A DNA stretch of 64,000 bases from Trueperaceae bacterium. Lineage in GTDB: Bacteria; Deinococcota; Deinococci; Deinococcales; Trueperaceae. Position numbers and translations under genes: made by a program. The notes under the pieces are model-generated. The model was given only the letters and a program-made list of their open reading frames with translations. It was not told where the DNA came from and did no database searches. Shown here piece after piece: positions 31,007 to 41,466 of this stretch (positions within the stretch are counted from its first letter, which is position 1; each line of letters starts with the position of its first letter). The DNA lies in assembly GCA_965213705.1 (NCBI GenBank), contig OZ243913.1, positions 3,744,001-3,808,000 on the forward strand, in the 5' to 3' direction.

Positions 31007-33487
31007 TTACTTGCGCCGGTCCGGGTCGCCGAAAACCAGGACGCGTTTGCGGCCGGGCCGCGGCGCGGTCGGTGCCGGTCGGGGCGTGGTGGCTCGAGCC
31101 GTGTTTGACCGGTCGCTCTGGGTCCGGGGGGCTCTGCCGTCCGCCCTGCGCGCGTCGGTCTTGGGCGCGTCGGTTTTGGGCGCGTCCGCTTGGGGCGGGG
31201 TGGCCTCTAGCTTGTCGGGACGCCCCGCCCGGTCGGGCAGCGCACCTGCGTTTTGCTCGGCGCGGTCGTCCTCTTTAGGGTGCGTTTTGCGCGACAACGG
31301 CGTCTTGAGGTCCTTGGGCGGCTTGGTGTGTTCACGTTCGCGCTCTTCTGGCTCGGCTTCGGGCAGTTCCATGTAACCGGGGATGAGGTCTATTTGCCGC
31401 TGAACCGGGTTGCTCGCCAAAATCTTGACTTCCAGCCGGTCGCCAAGTCGGAACTTGCGCCGCGAGTGTTTGCCCAAGAGCATTAGCGAATCTTCTAAGT
31501 AAACGTAATAGTCGTCGTCGAGCTGTGACACGTGAATCAGGCCCTCGACCGCGTTCGGCAGCGCCACGAACACGCCGAAGTTCGTCACGCCGCTGATGAC
31601 GCCGCCGAACTTCTCGCCGACGTGGTCTTTGGCCCAGCGCGCGTGGTAGTAGCGGGTGAGGTCGCGCTCGGCGTCCTCGGCGGTGCGCTCGCGCTCGGAG
31701 GTGTGCTCGGCCAGCGCGGGAAAGTCGCTTTTCAGACGTTCTTTCAAGGTCGGCGACAAACGGCGCTGGAGCAGCGCGCGCAGCACGCGGTGGACGACCA
31801 GGTCGGGGTAGCGACGAATCGGACTGGTGAAGTGCAGGTAGTAGTCGAAGGCGAGGCCGAAGTGGCCCAAGTTGTCGGCGCTGTAGCGCGCCTGTTTGAG
31901 CGACCTCAGCAGCAAGGTATTGACGAGTTGCGCTTCGGGCTTGCCGGCGGCTTTTTTGATAATGTCCTGGAGGTCCTGGGGCGAGGCCTCGGCTTTCTCG
32001 AACACGTAGCCCAAGCGCCCCAGGGAGCGCTGCAAGTTTAGGATTTTTTCGTCGGACGGGTCTTCGTGGACGCGGTAGAGCGCTGGGATGTCGCGTTTGG
32101 AGAGTTCTTGCGCGACAAGTCGGTTGGCGAGCAGCATGAGTTCTTCGATGAGTTGCCGCGCCGCGTTGGACTTGACCGGGGTCAGCTCGAGCGTTCCTTC
32201 AGCGTCCACGTCCACCTTGGCTTCGGTAAAGTCGAAGTCGAGCGCGCCGCCCTCCAAGCGTTTCTGGCGCAGGTTTTGGGTGAGGTCGACGAGCACTTTC
32301 ACGTCGCGCTCTAACTTGCGTTTCCCCTGCGGCAAGCGGTCGTCGCCGTTGACGAACCTCTGAACTTGGTCGTAGGTGAGCCGGGCGTCGCTCTGGATGA
32401 CGGTTTCTTTGAACTTCACCGCCTTGACCTCACCGTCCCGGCTGATGTCGACGAGCGCGGACAGGGCCAGCCGCGGCTCGCCCTCGACGAGCGAGCAAAT
32501 CCCGTTGCTGAGCTGTTCGGGCAGCATCGGTAAGACCTTACCCGGCAGGTACACGCTCGTGGCGCGCTCCAAAGCCTCGCGGTCCAGACTCGTGCCCTCG
32601 GCGACGTAGTAGGACACGTCGGCGATGTGGACGCCAACCCGCAGCAGGCTCTTGGGGCCGCGCCCGTCGAGACGTTCCAGGGAAATGGCGTCGTCGAAGT
32701 CTTTGGCGTCGACGCCGTCCACCGTAAAGGTGTTGACGCCGCGCAGGTCGGTCCGGCCCTCCATCATTTCGCCCGTGACCGTCGGCGGCACCGCCTCGGC
32801 CTCTTTCAGTGTCGCGTCGTCGAAGGCGTCTTTGAGGCTGTACTTGATGACGACGGCGCGCGTCTCGGTTTCGGGGTCGGCCTCGCCGCCCAGCACCTCC
32901 TCGACCTCGGCGAAGGGGTCGCGTTCACCGGTCGTTTCGGGCCAGGCCATTTTGCCGACAATCCGGCTGCCGGCGGGCAACTTGCCGACCGAGTCGGGCA
33001 GCAGCAACACGCGCTCGCGCAGCTTGGTCGAGTCGGGCCGCAAAATCGCGTAGCCTTGCGAGTATTCCAGCGTGCCCACCACGCGGTCGTGTTTGCGTTT
33101 CAAAATGCGCACAATTTCGCCGCTTACGCGCCCGTTGTCGTTTTTCGACGAGTTGGGCCGCGCCACCACCCGGTCACCGTCCCAGGCACCGGCGAGCGCG
33201 TCGACCGGGATGAACAGGTCTTTTTCACCCTCTTTTTCCGAAATCACGAAGCCGTAGCCGCCCGAAGTAATCTGCAAGCGCCCGAGCATCAGGTTCATCT
33301 CTTGGGGCAGCCCGTAGGTACGCCGCCGCGTGCGGATGAGCTTGCCCTCGTCGATGAGGTCGGTCAGCACCTGGCGCAGCGGGCTGCGCGTGCTCAGCTT
33401 GAGCTGGTTTTGCAACTCCTGTAAGTGCCAGGGCTTTTCGGGGTGCTGTTTGAAAAAGTCGTACAGTTGGTCTTTAGAAAGGTCCAT
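31007..33487 (-). CDS. rnr: Ribonuclease R
   Basis: DGVDAKDFDDA, HFTSPIRRYPD, S1 domain, basic tail. Confidence 0.95.
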   Translation of the reverse strand: MDLSKDQLYDFFKQHPEKPWHLQELQNQLKLSTRSPLRQVLTDLIDEGKLIRTRRRTYGLPQEMNLMLGRLQITSGGYGFVISEKEGEKDLFIPVDALAGAWDGDRVVARPNSSKNDNGRVSGEIVRILKRKHDRVVGTLEYSQGYAILRPDSTKLRERVLLLPDSVGKLPAGSRIVGKMAWPETTGERDPFAEVEEVLGGEADPETETRAVVIKYSLKDAFDDATLKEAEAVPPTVTGEMMEGRTDLRGVNTFTVDGVDAKDFDDAISLERLDGRGPKSLLRVGVHIADVSYYVAEGTSLDREALERATSVYLPGKVLPMLPEQLSNGICSLVEGEPRLALSALVDISRDGEVKAVKFKETVIQSDARLTYDQVQRFVNGDDRLPQGKRKLERDVKVLVDLTQNLRQKRLEGGALDFDFTEAKVDVDAEGTLELTPVKSNAARQLIEELMLLANRLVAQELSKRDIPALYRVHEDPSDEKILNLQRSLGRLGYVFEKAEASPQDLQDIIKKAAGKPEAQLVNTLLLRSLKQARYSADNLGHFGLAFDYYLHFTSPIRRYPDLVVHRVLRALLQRRLSPTLKERLKSDFPALAEHTSERERTAEDAERDLTRYYHARWAKDHVGEKFGGVISGVTNFGVFVALPNAVEGLIHVSQLDDDYYVYLEDSLMLLGKHSRRKFRLGDRLEVKILASNPVQRQIDLIPGYMELPEAEPEEREREHTKPPKDLKTPLSRKTHPKEDDRAEQNAGALPDRAGRPDKLEATPPQADAPKTDAPKTDARRADGRAPRTQSDRSNTARATTPRPAPTAPRPGRKRVLVFGDPDRRK

Positions 33488-33720
33488 TGGCTTTAGTCTA
33501 GCGCTTTTCGGGGTTCGGTAGCGAAATCCGGCTGTGTTTCGGGGCCGGAAGCCGTTTTTCGCAAGGTCTTTGGAGCGTATGATGGCGGGTACCGAGGGGG
33601 CGGGCTCGAGCCGTACCGAATTACGGCCGCGCCGCTCTGAGCCAGGGTTTGGGCCAGGGACGAATAACCCTGACGGTGTGGGGGCGAAAGTCTTAAACTG
33701 AACTCGACTTTTGGTTTGAC

Positions 33721-33734
33721 TTGACGTACTTCAA
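33721..33734. promoter_or_regulatory. FNR-box-like site
   Basis: TTGAC-GTAC-TTCAA upstream of cytochrome c/ctaG operon. Confidence 0.4.
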
Positions 33735-33757
33735 ATAGGTATTCAACAGGAGGACGA

Positions 33758-34984
33758 ATGAAGAAAGCGCGTGTTCTGATTTTTTGCCTGACGCTGACGA
33801 GCCTGCTCGCCGCCTGCGGTGACCGCAACAGCGGCTTTTCTCCGGCGGAAAACGCCGTGACCGCCAACCCCGAGGACACGATAGCCCTGCGCGCTCGAGA
33901 CTACGAACTGCCCCCGGCCACACCTGCACCGGACGGCCCGACGGCGTCGTACGACACGGGCGACAGCTCCGGCGGGCGCACGCTCACGCTGGACACTTTG
34001 GAGGCGTCCTTAGAACGCGCGGCGGCCGAGACCGAACCCTACCTCGAAGACGCCCTAGTTGAGAACGCGCTCGAGGACGGAACATCAACCACCATCGCTG
34101 ACGAAACGAGTGAGGGCGACGCCGCCGAAGCGACCGGCGGCGACTTGAACGTCGTCACCGACCCCACTGAGACGCCGACCGACACCGTGGTCGACCCGGC
34201 CACCGGCGGCGAGGTCGAAGTGGAAGGCACCGTAGAAGAGATGGAGCTGGGCGAGGACGTTGAACCGGATGCTGTCGAACTGGACATTGTTGAAATGAGC
34301 ACCGCCGAACCGGGCACCGATGAAGCTGCAGGTGAACCAAGCGAAGAAGCGGTTGAAGACGAAGTGATTGAAGAAGCGCCAGCCGTGGTTGCAGACCCTG
34401 AGACAGAGGCCGACTCGGAAATCGTCCCAACAACAGAAGAACTTACCGAGACGGAGGGCACGGCCGAAGGAACGGCGGAGGGCTCGAGCGTCCCGGAAAC
34501 CACCGAAGAAACCGACCCTGAAGAAACCGGCCCTGAAGAAATCACCGCCGCAGAAACCACCCCCCTCCTCGCCCAAGCCGCCAGCTTCGACTGGCAACAG
34601 CTCGGCGAGACCACCTATGCCAACTGCGTAGCTTGCCACCAGCAAAACGGTCAGGGCATCGTGGGCGCGTTTCCACCCCTGGCCGGTCACATCAACGAAC
34701 TCTACAACGCTCCCGGCGGGCGCAAGTACATCATCAACGTGGTGCTTTACGGTTTACAGGGGGAGATAGACGTCCTGGGTCAGTCTTACAACGGTTTGAT
34801 GGCGGCGTGGCCTCAACTCAGCGACGAGGAGGTTGCGGCGACTTTGAACCACGAACTCACCAGTTGGGGCAACGACGCGCTGCTGGAGGACTTCTCACCG
34901 ATTTTGCCCGAGGAGGTCGCAGCGGAACGGGACAACGCGCTCAGCTCGGCCCAGGTTTTGGAGTTGCGGCCCGCCTTGCCCTGA
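33758..34984 (+). CDS. Lipoprotein cytochrome c (c552-like) with long acidic linker
   Basis: Lipobox LAAC; CVACH; GAFPPLAGH; YNGLM. Confidence 0.85.
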   Translation: MKKARVLIFCLTLTSLLAACGDRNSGFSPAENAVTANPEDTIALRARDYELPPATPAPDGPTASYDTGDSSGGRTLTLDTLEASLERAAAETEPYLEDALVENALEDGTSTTIADETSEGDAAEATGGDLNVVTDPTETPTDTVVDPATGGEVEVEGTVEEMELGEDVEPDAVELDIVEMSTAEPGTDEAAGEPSEEAVEDEVIEEAPAVVADPETEADSEIVPTTEELTETEGTAEGTAEGSSVPETTEETDPEETGPEEITAAETTPLLAQAASFDWQQLGETTYANCVACHQQNGQGIVGAFPPLAGHINELYNAPGGRKYIINVVLYGLQGEIDVLGQSYNGLMAAWPQLSDEEVAATLNHELTSWGNDALLEDFSPILPEEVAAERDNALSSAQVLELRPALP

Positions 34985-35095
34985 GCGCGACCCGTTTTGT
35001 AAGGGTGCTGGCTGAACCGGCACCCTCGTTTGGCTAGACTTAAAAGTTGTTTGAGTAGGCCGACGAAACTGCCTGAGCGAAATTGAGAGGGACAC

Positions 35096-35920
35096 ATGGA
35101 AACACCCGTTTTAGGTTGGCAATTCGACCCGGTGTTGTTGGGCAGCCTGCTCACCCTGGCCGTGTCTTACGCCCTGGCGGTGGGGCCGCTGCGGTCTAAG
35201 CTCGCCCCCGGCGTGCCCTTTCCCACCCACAAAGCCGTCATTTTCGGTTCGGCCCTGGTCCTGACCTACCTCACCGAGGGGTCGCCGCTGCACGACTTGT
35301 CCGAACGCTACTTGTTCAGCGCGCACATGGTCCAGCACCTGCTGATGATGTACTTCTGCGCGCCGCTGCTCATCTGGGGCACGCCGGACTGGGTGCTCAA
35401 ACCGCTGCTGCTCAACCGCTTCGTTTATCCGGTTGCCAGGGTCGTCACTCAGCCGGTTTTTGCGGGTTTGACGTTTGCCCTCTTTTTGTCGCTGTGGCAC
35501 GTCCCGGCCGTCTACGACGCGGGCTTGCGCAACTCGACGGTGCACCACACCCAACACGTGCTGTTTTTGATCGTGGCGTTTGTCAGCTGGTGGCCCATCA
35601 TGAGCCCGTTGAAAGAGCTGCCGCGGCTCGGCTACGGCGCGCAGATTCTCTACTTGTTCGTCACCTCGACGGTGCTGCAACTGCCGCTGTTCGCCATCAT
35701 CACGTTTTCGGACCACGCGTTCTACCGCACTTACGAGCTTGCCCCGCGCATCCTCAACTTGAGCGCGACGGACGACCAGGCGCTGGCCGGCATCATCATG
35801 AAAGTGCTGGCAATGGCGATTTACAGCGTGCCGCTCGTGGTCATTTTCTTCAAGTGGCACAACGAGTCGCAACGGTCCACGCGGCGAACCCCACCGAAAC
35901 CCCGGCCGTCGAAGGTTTAG
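35096..35920 (+). CDS. ctaG: Cytochrome c oxidase assembly factor, Caa3 CtaG family
   Basis: YLFSAHMVQHLL, WHVPAVYD, DDQALAGIIMK. Confidence 0.85.
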   Translation: METPVLGWQFDPVLLGSLLTLAVSYALAVGPLRSKLAPGVPFPTHKAVIFGSALVLTYLTEGSPLHDLSERYLFSAHMVQHLLMMYFCAPLLIWGTPDWVLKPLLLNRFVYPVARVVTQPVFAGLTFALFLSLWHVPAVYDAGLRNSTVHHTQHVLFLIVAFVSWWPIMSPLKELPRLGYGAQILYLFVTSTVLQLPLFAIITFSDHAFYRTYELAPRILNLSATDDQALAGIIMKVLAMAIYSVPLVVIFFKWHNESQRSTRRTPPKPRPSKV

Positions 35921-35923
35921 CCT

Positions 35924-36268
35924 GTGACGTCGGAACGAACCCTCAAACTGCTGCAGGGCTATATCTGGCACCCCAGGGACGAGGCCATAGACTTGAAAGA
36001 CCACTTGCCCGAACGCCTCGAGCCCGCCCTCTACATCCTCTGGGACGCCATGCCCGCCGCGCCTTTTGCGTTTTTCGACGACGGCACGCTGTCGGCGACC
36101 CAACAACTTTACCAGTTCACTGTCGTCACGCAGACCGAAAACACGGACGAGGCCGTGGACGAGGCGCAAAAGCTCGTGCCCTGGTTGGCCGAAACCCTGC
36201 AAACGCGGCTTAACGGCACACCGCCCTCGGTGGGCTGGCAGATTTTTGAAGACCTACGGGACGTCTGA
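35924..36268 (+). CDS. DUF3208-like Deinococcota protein
   Basis: LLQGYIWHP..PFAFFDDGT..TP.SVGWQIFEDLR (family recalled). Confidence 0.65.
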   Translation: MTSERTLKLLQGYIWHPRDEAIDLKDHLPERLEPALYILWDAMPAAPFAFFDDGTLSATQQLYQFTVVTQTENTDEAVDEAQKLVPWLAETLQTRLNGTPPSVGWQIFEDLRDV

Positions 36269-36634
36269 ATGCGCGCCGACGCCTTTATCGTTTTTTACCC
36301 CTGTCACGACCTGAGCGCCAGCCGTGACTTTTACGAACGCGACTTGGGCCTGAAACTGGCTCGAGACCAAAAAACTTGCCTTATCTTTCATGTCGCGGGT
36401 CGGGGTTACCTGGGCTTTTGTCAGCACGAGGGCGGTTTGCCCGCGCACGACGGACTCATCCTTACCCTGGTGACAGACGACGTAGACGAGGTTTATAAAA
36501 CGTTGCGCCGGCTCAACGTCGAGACCGAAGCGCCGCCGCGACTCAACGAACAACACGGCATCTATCACTTTTTCGCGCGCGACCCGGACGGTTACCGGGT
36601 CGAGGTGCAACGTTTTCTCGAGCCCCTAAGCTGA
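36269..36634 (+). CDS. VOC/glyoxalase family protein
   Basis: DLSASRDFYERDLGL..FFARDPDGYRVEVQ. Confidence 0.85.
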   Translation: MRADAFIVFYPCHDLSASRDFYERDLGLKLARDQKTCLIFHVAGRGYLGFCQHEGGLPAHDGLILTLVTDDVDEVYKTLRRLNVETEAPPRLNEQHGIYHFFARDPDGYRVEVQRFLEPLS

Positions 36635-36761
36635 CCTCGAACTCACTTTTGTTGACAGCGCCGTTCGGAACAGTATGTAATGTGGGCGGGGCAAAAAGAA
36701 GTTGGTAACGAGCGGGCGTGGGGAGCAAAGCTTCCAAAGGCTCGTTCCGCGGAGGAGTCGT

Positions 36762-37148
36762 ATGCTCAAGGAGTTCCGGGAGTTTATCGCGCGCGGCAAC
36801 GTGATGGAGTTGGCGGTCGCCGTCATCCTCGGCGCGGCTTTCAACCAAATCGTCAACTCGCTCGTCGAGGACGTCGTTACCCCAGCCGTGCTCAACCCCG
36901 CGATGGAGGCCGCAGACGTCGACCAACTTGCCAATCTCACCTGGAACGGCGTCGCCTACGGCAACTTCCTAGCCGCCGTGGTGAACTTTTTGATCGTCGC
37001 CTTTGTTCTTTTCCTGTTGGTGCGGACCTACAACAACTTTATGAAGCGCTTTGAAGCCCCCGCCGCCGAGGAAAAACCCGGCAAGACCCACAGCGAGGAA
37101 ATGCTCGAGGAGATTCGCGACCTGCTGGCGAAACGACCCCTGACCTGA
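36762..37148 (+). CDS. mscL: Large-conductance mechanosensitive channel
   Basis: MLKEFREFIARGNVMELAVAVILG..LEEIRDLL; GGAGGAG RBS. Confidence 0.95.
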   Translation: MLKEFREFIARGNVMELAVAVILGAAFNQIVNSLVEDVVTPAVLNPAMEAADVDQLANLTWNGVAYGNFLAAVVNFLIVAFVLFLLVRTYNNFMKRFEAPAAEEKPGKTHSEEMLEEIRDLLAKRPLT

Positions 37149-37245
37149 GTACCTAAAACAAGACGGGCCGCACGCTGGGTTCTCTTGCCCGCTCGAGTTT
37201 GCCCAACACCACGCGGACGCCGCTCGCCTCGGCTACACTTCAGCC

Positions 37246-37404
37246 ATGAGCAAGACGGTCAAAAAAAGCGACCTGCCCAGCAAAACGTGCCAAACTTGCG
37301 GGTTGACGTTTACCTGGCGCAAAAAGTGGGCAAAGAACTGGGCCGAGGTGCGCTATTGTTCCGAGCGGTGTCGGCGCAACAAAAGACGTGGGCAAGGCGC
37401 TTGA
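37246..37404 (+). CDS. DUF2256-like small zinc-ribbon protein (52 aa), below ORF-track cutoff
   Basis: KKSDLPSKTCQTCGLTFTWRKKWAKNWAEVRYCSERCRR; TACACT 6 nt before ATG. Confidence 0.85.
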   Translation: MSKTVKKSDLPSKTCQTCGLTFTWRKKWAKNWAEVRYCSERCRRNKRRGQGA

Positions 37405-37625
37405 GCTTTTGACGGCTTTTGCCGAACTGCGTCCCCGCAGAGGTAGTGGCTCAGTACCGAATGCCCCGGTAACAGACCTGTCTTTTCTCGCCGACAACCT
37501 GTTGCAACCCCTTGTTCAAACTCGGCTTGTTCAAACTCGGCGACAGTCTCGGGTAAGCCACTACCCCCGCAAAAATGCCGCGCGCCGTACAGCTTCGCTA
37601 CATAGGGAGCGCTATGCTCGTGGTC

Positions 37626-38063
37626 GTGCCGCCCCCGAAGACCCCACCCGACTTTGTCGACTACAGCCACGAGACGCGGGTGTCGAAAAACGCATTGTTA
37701 CGGTTTGTGTGGTTGGTGCTGGGTCTCCTTTTTACCGGTTTGGGGTTTTTGGGTTACGTGCTGCCGGGGTTGCCGGGAACGGTATTCATCCTCGTCGCGG
37801 TTTATTTTTTCGCGCGCAGCAGCCCGCGTTTTTACAACTTTTTGCTCAACAACCGCGTGTTCGGGGGGCTCATCCGCGACTGGCGGGCGGGCTTGGGCTT
37901 GCCGCTGCGCGCAAAAGTGTTGGCGGTCACGCTAATTGTCCTCAGCATCGGCTCGAGTCTGCTTTTTATCGACGTTTTGGCTGTTCGGCTGTTGCTCGTT
38001 TTTTGCGGTGTCGGCGTGAGCGCGTACCTCCTCACCCGGCCGACCAAACGCCCGGCGGCGTAA
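37626..38063 (+). CDS. YbaN/DUF454 family membrane protein
   Basis: GYVLPGLPGTVFIL..FARSSPRFYNFLL; start could be 37575, 37614 or 37626. Confidence 0.8.
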   Translation: MPPPKTPPDFVDYSHETRVSKNALLRFVWLVLGLLFTGLGFLGYVLPGLPGTVFILVAVYFFARSSPRFYNFLLNNRVFGGLIRDWRAGLGLPLRAKVLAVTLIVLSIGSSLLFIDVLAVRLLLVFCGVGVSAYLLTRPTKRPAA

Positions 38064-38067
38064 CGGG

Positions 38068-38724
38068 GTGGCCTGCTGCGACGTCAACGGCCTCGACCGG
38101 ATGTTCCGCGGCAGCCTCGTCGCGCAGGAAAAACGCACCCTTCTAAAACACGGTTTGAACGAGCGTCAGCGAGCTTTTTTTAAAAGTGTCTCGCTCGCCG
38201 ACAAGACCGTGCTCGACATCGGCTGCGGCGTGGGCGCACTGGGCTTGAGCGCCCTGGCGCGCGGCGCGCGCCGCGCCGAGCTTGTCGACGTGTCCCGCGC
38301 TTACATAACGGCGGCTCGAGACGTTGCGCAATACTTCAACGTCGCCGAACGCGCCGAGTTTCAGCAGGGTGACTTTACGAGTTTGAACGTCGGGGCGGCC
38401 GACGTCGTTACTTTGGACCGCGTCGTTTGCTGCTACCCGGACGCCGCCCGACTGTTGGAAAAAGCCGCCGCACACAGCCGCCATGAAATAGTGTTGAGTC
38501 ACCCGCTTCCGGCGTGGTGGCTGCACGCCGGACGCTTTGTGCTCAACCTCGGCATGAGCGCTTTCGGGCAGCGCTACCGCTTTTACCTGCACGACGAGGC
38601 GACGCTGTTGGCCGCCGCGCAGAGCGCCGGTCACGTTTTGCGCCACCGCGTCCGCCACGGGGTGTGGCAAGTTCTGGTTTTATCCAAAGCCTCGACCCTG
38701 CCAACGGGAGCCCCGAACACCTAG
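38068..38724 (+). CDS. Class I SAM-dependent methyltransferase
   Basis: VLDIGCGVG; DVVTLDRVVCCYPD. Confidence 0.85.
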   Translation: MACCDVNGLDRMFRGSLVAQEKRTLLKHGLNERQRAFFKSVSLADKTVLDIGCGVGALGLSALARGARRAELVDVSRAYITAARDVAQYFNVAERAEFQQGDFTSLNVGAADVVTLDRVVCCYPDAARLLEKAAAHSRHEIVLSHPLPAWWLHAGRFVLNLGMSAFGQRYRFYLHDEATLLAAAQSAGHVLRHRVRHGVWQVLVLSKASTLPTGAPNT

Positions 38725-38754
38725 CGACTGCCACCTAGCGACCGTCACCTAGCG
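38718..38754 (+). repeat. Three copies of CACCTAGCG at 14-bp period
   Basis: Copies at 38718, 38732, 38746. Confidence 0.75.
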
Positions 38755-38842
38755 GATGTCAGGGTTTCCTTTGGGGCAACTCCCCGTCAGTCGTTTCGGT
38801 GTCGTCCTGGTATCGTTACGGTAGGGAAACGCTGAAAAAACG

Positions 38843-40558
38843 TCAGTTGATGATGATGAACTCGAGCTCGGCCGGTCCCCCGGCAAAAATCGGCGCGCTG
38901 GCTTGCAAGCCCACCGTCACCGGGCCTTCGAGACGCAGCAGTTGGTTGGTAAAGCCCTCGACCTCTAACGACGTTTCGGACAAGCTGGGGTAGACCTCGT
39001 CGGACAAACCCAAGCCGAGCAGTTTGGCGTTGGCGTCGGCTAAGACTTTACGCAGGTCGTCACGAACGTTGTCGCGGCTGCCGGGGCCTAAAAAAATCTG
39101 CCGACTCACCACGAGTTGACTGCTGTCTAGGAGTTTCCGGTTCGGCGCGACCTCGACCGCGACCTCAACCGGGGCCGACACGTACTGGTTCATCTTCGAG
39201 CGCAACACCACCACGTCCTCGCCGGGCGTCTGGGAAACCTCTTGCACGATGCTCTCGTTCTGCTCCGGGCTCAGCACCACGTTCAGGCCGCCGCGGAGCA
39301 CCGCTTTTTCGCTCGCCGCCTGTACGAGCTGCGCGAGTTGCACCCGAACCAGCGTCGGCTCTTGCGCCGCAATGACGCCGCTGTGAACGACCTGATTGAC
39401 GTCGTAACTGATGTTGCGGCTGTTGACGTTAGCAGCTTCTTCCTTGGCCCGCTCAAGTTCATTCGTTTGCCGTTCCAAGTCTTGCATCAGGGTCGCGTTC
39501 GTGCTTTGCAGCCCCTCCAACTCTTCGTTCAGCGCCACGGTGTCGGCCCGCAGGATGTTGTTGAGGCTGGCAAGTTCTACGTTTCTTTGTAACAACACGT
39601 CCGACTTTTCCTCGAGTTCACTGTTTTGCGCGCTCAAACTGCTGTTTTGCGAACTCAACCGTCCGGCCTGTTCCTCCAAACCGTCGATGTTTTCTTGCAG
39701 CGTGGCGGCTCGAGCTTCAGCCTCCTGGCGCTTTTGAACCGCTTCGTCGCGGGCGCTGTTGGCCCGGTCGAGTTCGCCCTGCGCACTAGAGAGCGCGTCC
39801 TGGGTTTCCGCGAGCCGCGTTTGCGTGTCTTCCAGGGTTTGCTGCGCCGCCGCCAACTCGTCGCGAGAGCTGACGAGTTCGCCTTGAACGCTGCCCAGTT
39901 GCGCCTGCGCCGCCGCGACGTCTTTGGTCAAGGTTTCGACGTCCTGCCGAGACGCCGCGGCTTGTTTAGATGCCTCGGCAGCTTCTGCTACCGCTTCCTG
40001 CCGAGCTTGGTCGGCTTCTTCAAACTGTCGCCGGGTGCTGAGCAGGTTCGCCTCCGCCTCGGCTACCTTGTCCTGAGCTGAAGCCAACGAGGTGTTCAGG
40101 TTCGCAATGTCGGTTTCCAAACCCTGTTGCGTGGCTTGCAAGTCCGAGATGTCCGCTCGAGCCTCGTCCCGCGCCCGCTCCGCCGTCTCGACCTCGGTCT
40201 GCGCCTGAAAGAGTTCCTGACTTCTGGCCTCGACTTGGGTTTGCAACTCCTCGACTTGGGCCGTAGAACGCCGCACCCGCGCCTCTTGTTCGGCCAGCTG
40301 CACACCGACCGGCTGCGCCCTCATGATGACCTGAACAGCGTTTCGAAAACTTAACGCCAGCGTGCCCAGAGTCACGAGCATGATGAGGATGCCCGCAAAC
40401 ACGCCGATAATCCGCCCACTTTGCTTGGGCCGCACCCCGAACAAGCTCAGGCGGCGCTTGCCGACGAGCGTGCCCAACACGTCGCCCGTGTAAGCGATGA
40501 CGCCCGCGAGCGCGACCAGCAAAACAACCAGCACGACGATGTTCGTGATATCGGTCAT
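38843..40558 (-). CDS. DUF3084-like membrane-anchored coiled-coil protein
   Basis: GVIAYTGDVLGTLVGKRRLSLFGVRPK N-terminus; long heptad region; downstream of lptB. Confidence 0.8.
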   Translation of the reverse strand: MTDITNIVVLVVLLVALAGVIAYTGDVLGTLVGKRRLSLFGVRPKQSGRIIGVFAGILIMLVTLGTLALSFRNAVQVIMRAQPVGVQLAEQEARVRRSTAQVEELQTQVEARSQELFQAQTEVETAERARDEARADISDLQATQQGLETDIANLNTSLASAQDKVAEAEANLLSTRRQFEEADQARQEAVAEAAEASKQAAASRQDVETLTKDVAAAQAQLGSVQGELVSSRDELAAAQQTLEDTQTRLAETQDALSSAQGELDRANSARDEAVQKRQEAEARAATLQENIDGLEEQAGRLSSQNSSLSAQNSELEEKSDVLLQRNVELASLNNILRADTVALNEELEGLQSTNATLMQDLERQTNELERAKEEAANVNSRNISYDVNQVVHSGVIAAQEPTLVRVQLAQLVQAASEKAVLRGGLNVVLSPEQNESIVQEVSQTPGEDVVVLRSKMNQYVSAPVEVAVEVAPNRKLLDSSQLVVSRQIFLGPGSRDNVRDDLRKVLADANAKLLGLGLSDEVYPSLSETSLEVEGFTNQLLRLEGPVTVGLQASAPIFAGGPAELEFIIIN

Positions 40559-40567
40559 CTGCCGAAC

Positions 40568-41341
40568 CTACATCTGAAAGTCGGAGCCGAGGTAGTAGTG
40601 CCGCACGTCGGGGTCGTCGGCGAAATCCTGCGGGGTGCCGCTAAAGCGAACCTTACCATCGAACATAAGATACACCCGGTCGGCGATGGCTAGGGTTTCA
40701 CGCACGCTGTGGTCGGTTAAAAGCACGCCCAAACCGCGCCGCTCGCGCAGGTCGGCGATTAACAGCTGAATCTCGCGGATGCTTTTCGGGTCGACCCCGG
40801 TAAAGGGTTCGTCGAGCAGGATGAACTGCGGACTGATGGTGAGGCTCCGCGCGATTTCCAGCCGCCGCCGCTCGCCACCCGACAAGGTATCCGCGCGGTG
40901 CTGCGCCAGGTGGCCCAAATGGAACTCGTCGAGCAGTTCCATAGCTCGCTCAATGTGCTCGCTCTTTTTGACCTTTTGAAACTCGAGAATAGAAATGAGG
41001 TTGTCCACGACGCTCATCTTGCGAAACGCGCTCGGCTCCTGCGCCAAGTAGCCGAGTCCGGCGCGGGCGCGCTTGTACATCGGCCAACTTGTAATGGCCT
41101 GCTTGCCCAGGTAAATGCGCCCGGCGTTGGGCCGGATAAAGCCGACCATCATGTAAAAGCTCGTTGTCTTGCCCGCGCCGTTGGGACCGAGCAGCGCTAC
41201 AATTTCGCCGGGGTTGAGCAGAAAATCCACGCCATCCACGACCTTGTGGCCACCGTATTTTTTGACGAGCCCCTTCGCCTGAAGGCTCGCCGTCGTGGGA
41301 ATCGCAGGTTGGGGCGCGGGCGCGTGGGTCAAGACGGTCAC
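40568..41341 (-). CDS. lptB: LptB-type ABC ATP-binding protein
   Basis: [50 protein letters not shown]. Confidence 0.9.
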   Translation of the reverse strand: MTVLTHAPAPQPAIPTTASLQAKGLVKKYGGHKVVDGVDFLLNPGEIVALLGPNGAGKTTSFYMMVGFIRPNAGRIYLGKQAITSWPMYKRARAGLGYLAQEPSAFRKMSVVDNLISILEFQKVKKSEHIERAMELLDEFHLGHLAQHRADTLSGGERRRLEIARSLTISPQFILLDEPFTGVDPKSIREIQLLIADLRERRGLGVLLTDHSVRETLAIADRVYLMFDGKVRFSGTPQDFADDPDVRHYYLGSDFQM

Positions 41342-41466
41342 TCGAGCAATGGTAGCACGAGGGGAGTGAGGGGAAAGTTATAAAATTAAGAGTTGGAAAG
41401 TACCGAGTGGAAAGTAAAGGCCGAAAGCTTTTTCTCCCTACCTCCTCCGCTCCTCAGCTTTGAGAC

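Noticed and set aside
38068..38724. Mg-protoporphyrin methyltransferase implying phototrophy
   Set aside because: Only generic class I motifs; no bch/chl genes nearby
38718..38754. Possible CRISPR-like repeats here and at 52667-52827
   Set aside because: Units are too short, there are no unique spacers of CRISPR length and no cas genes
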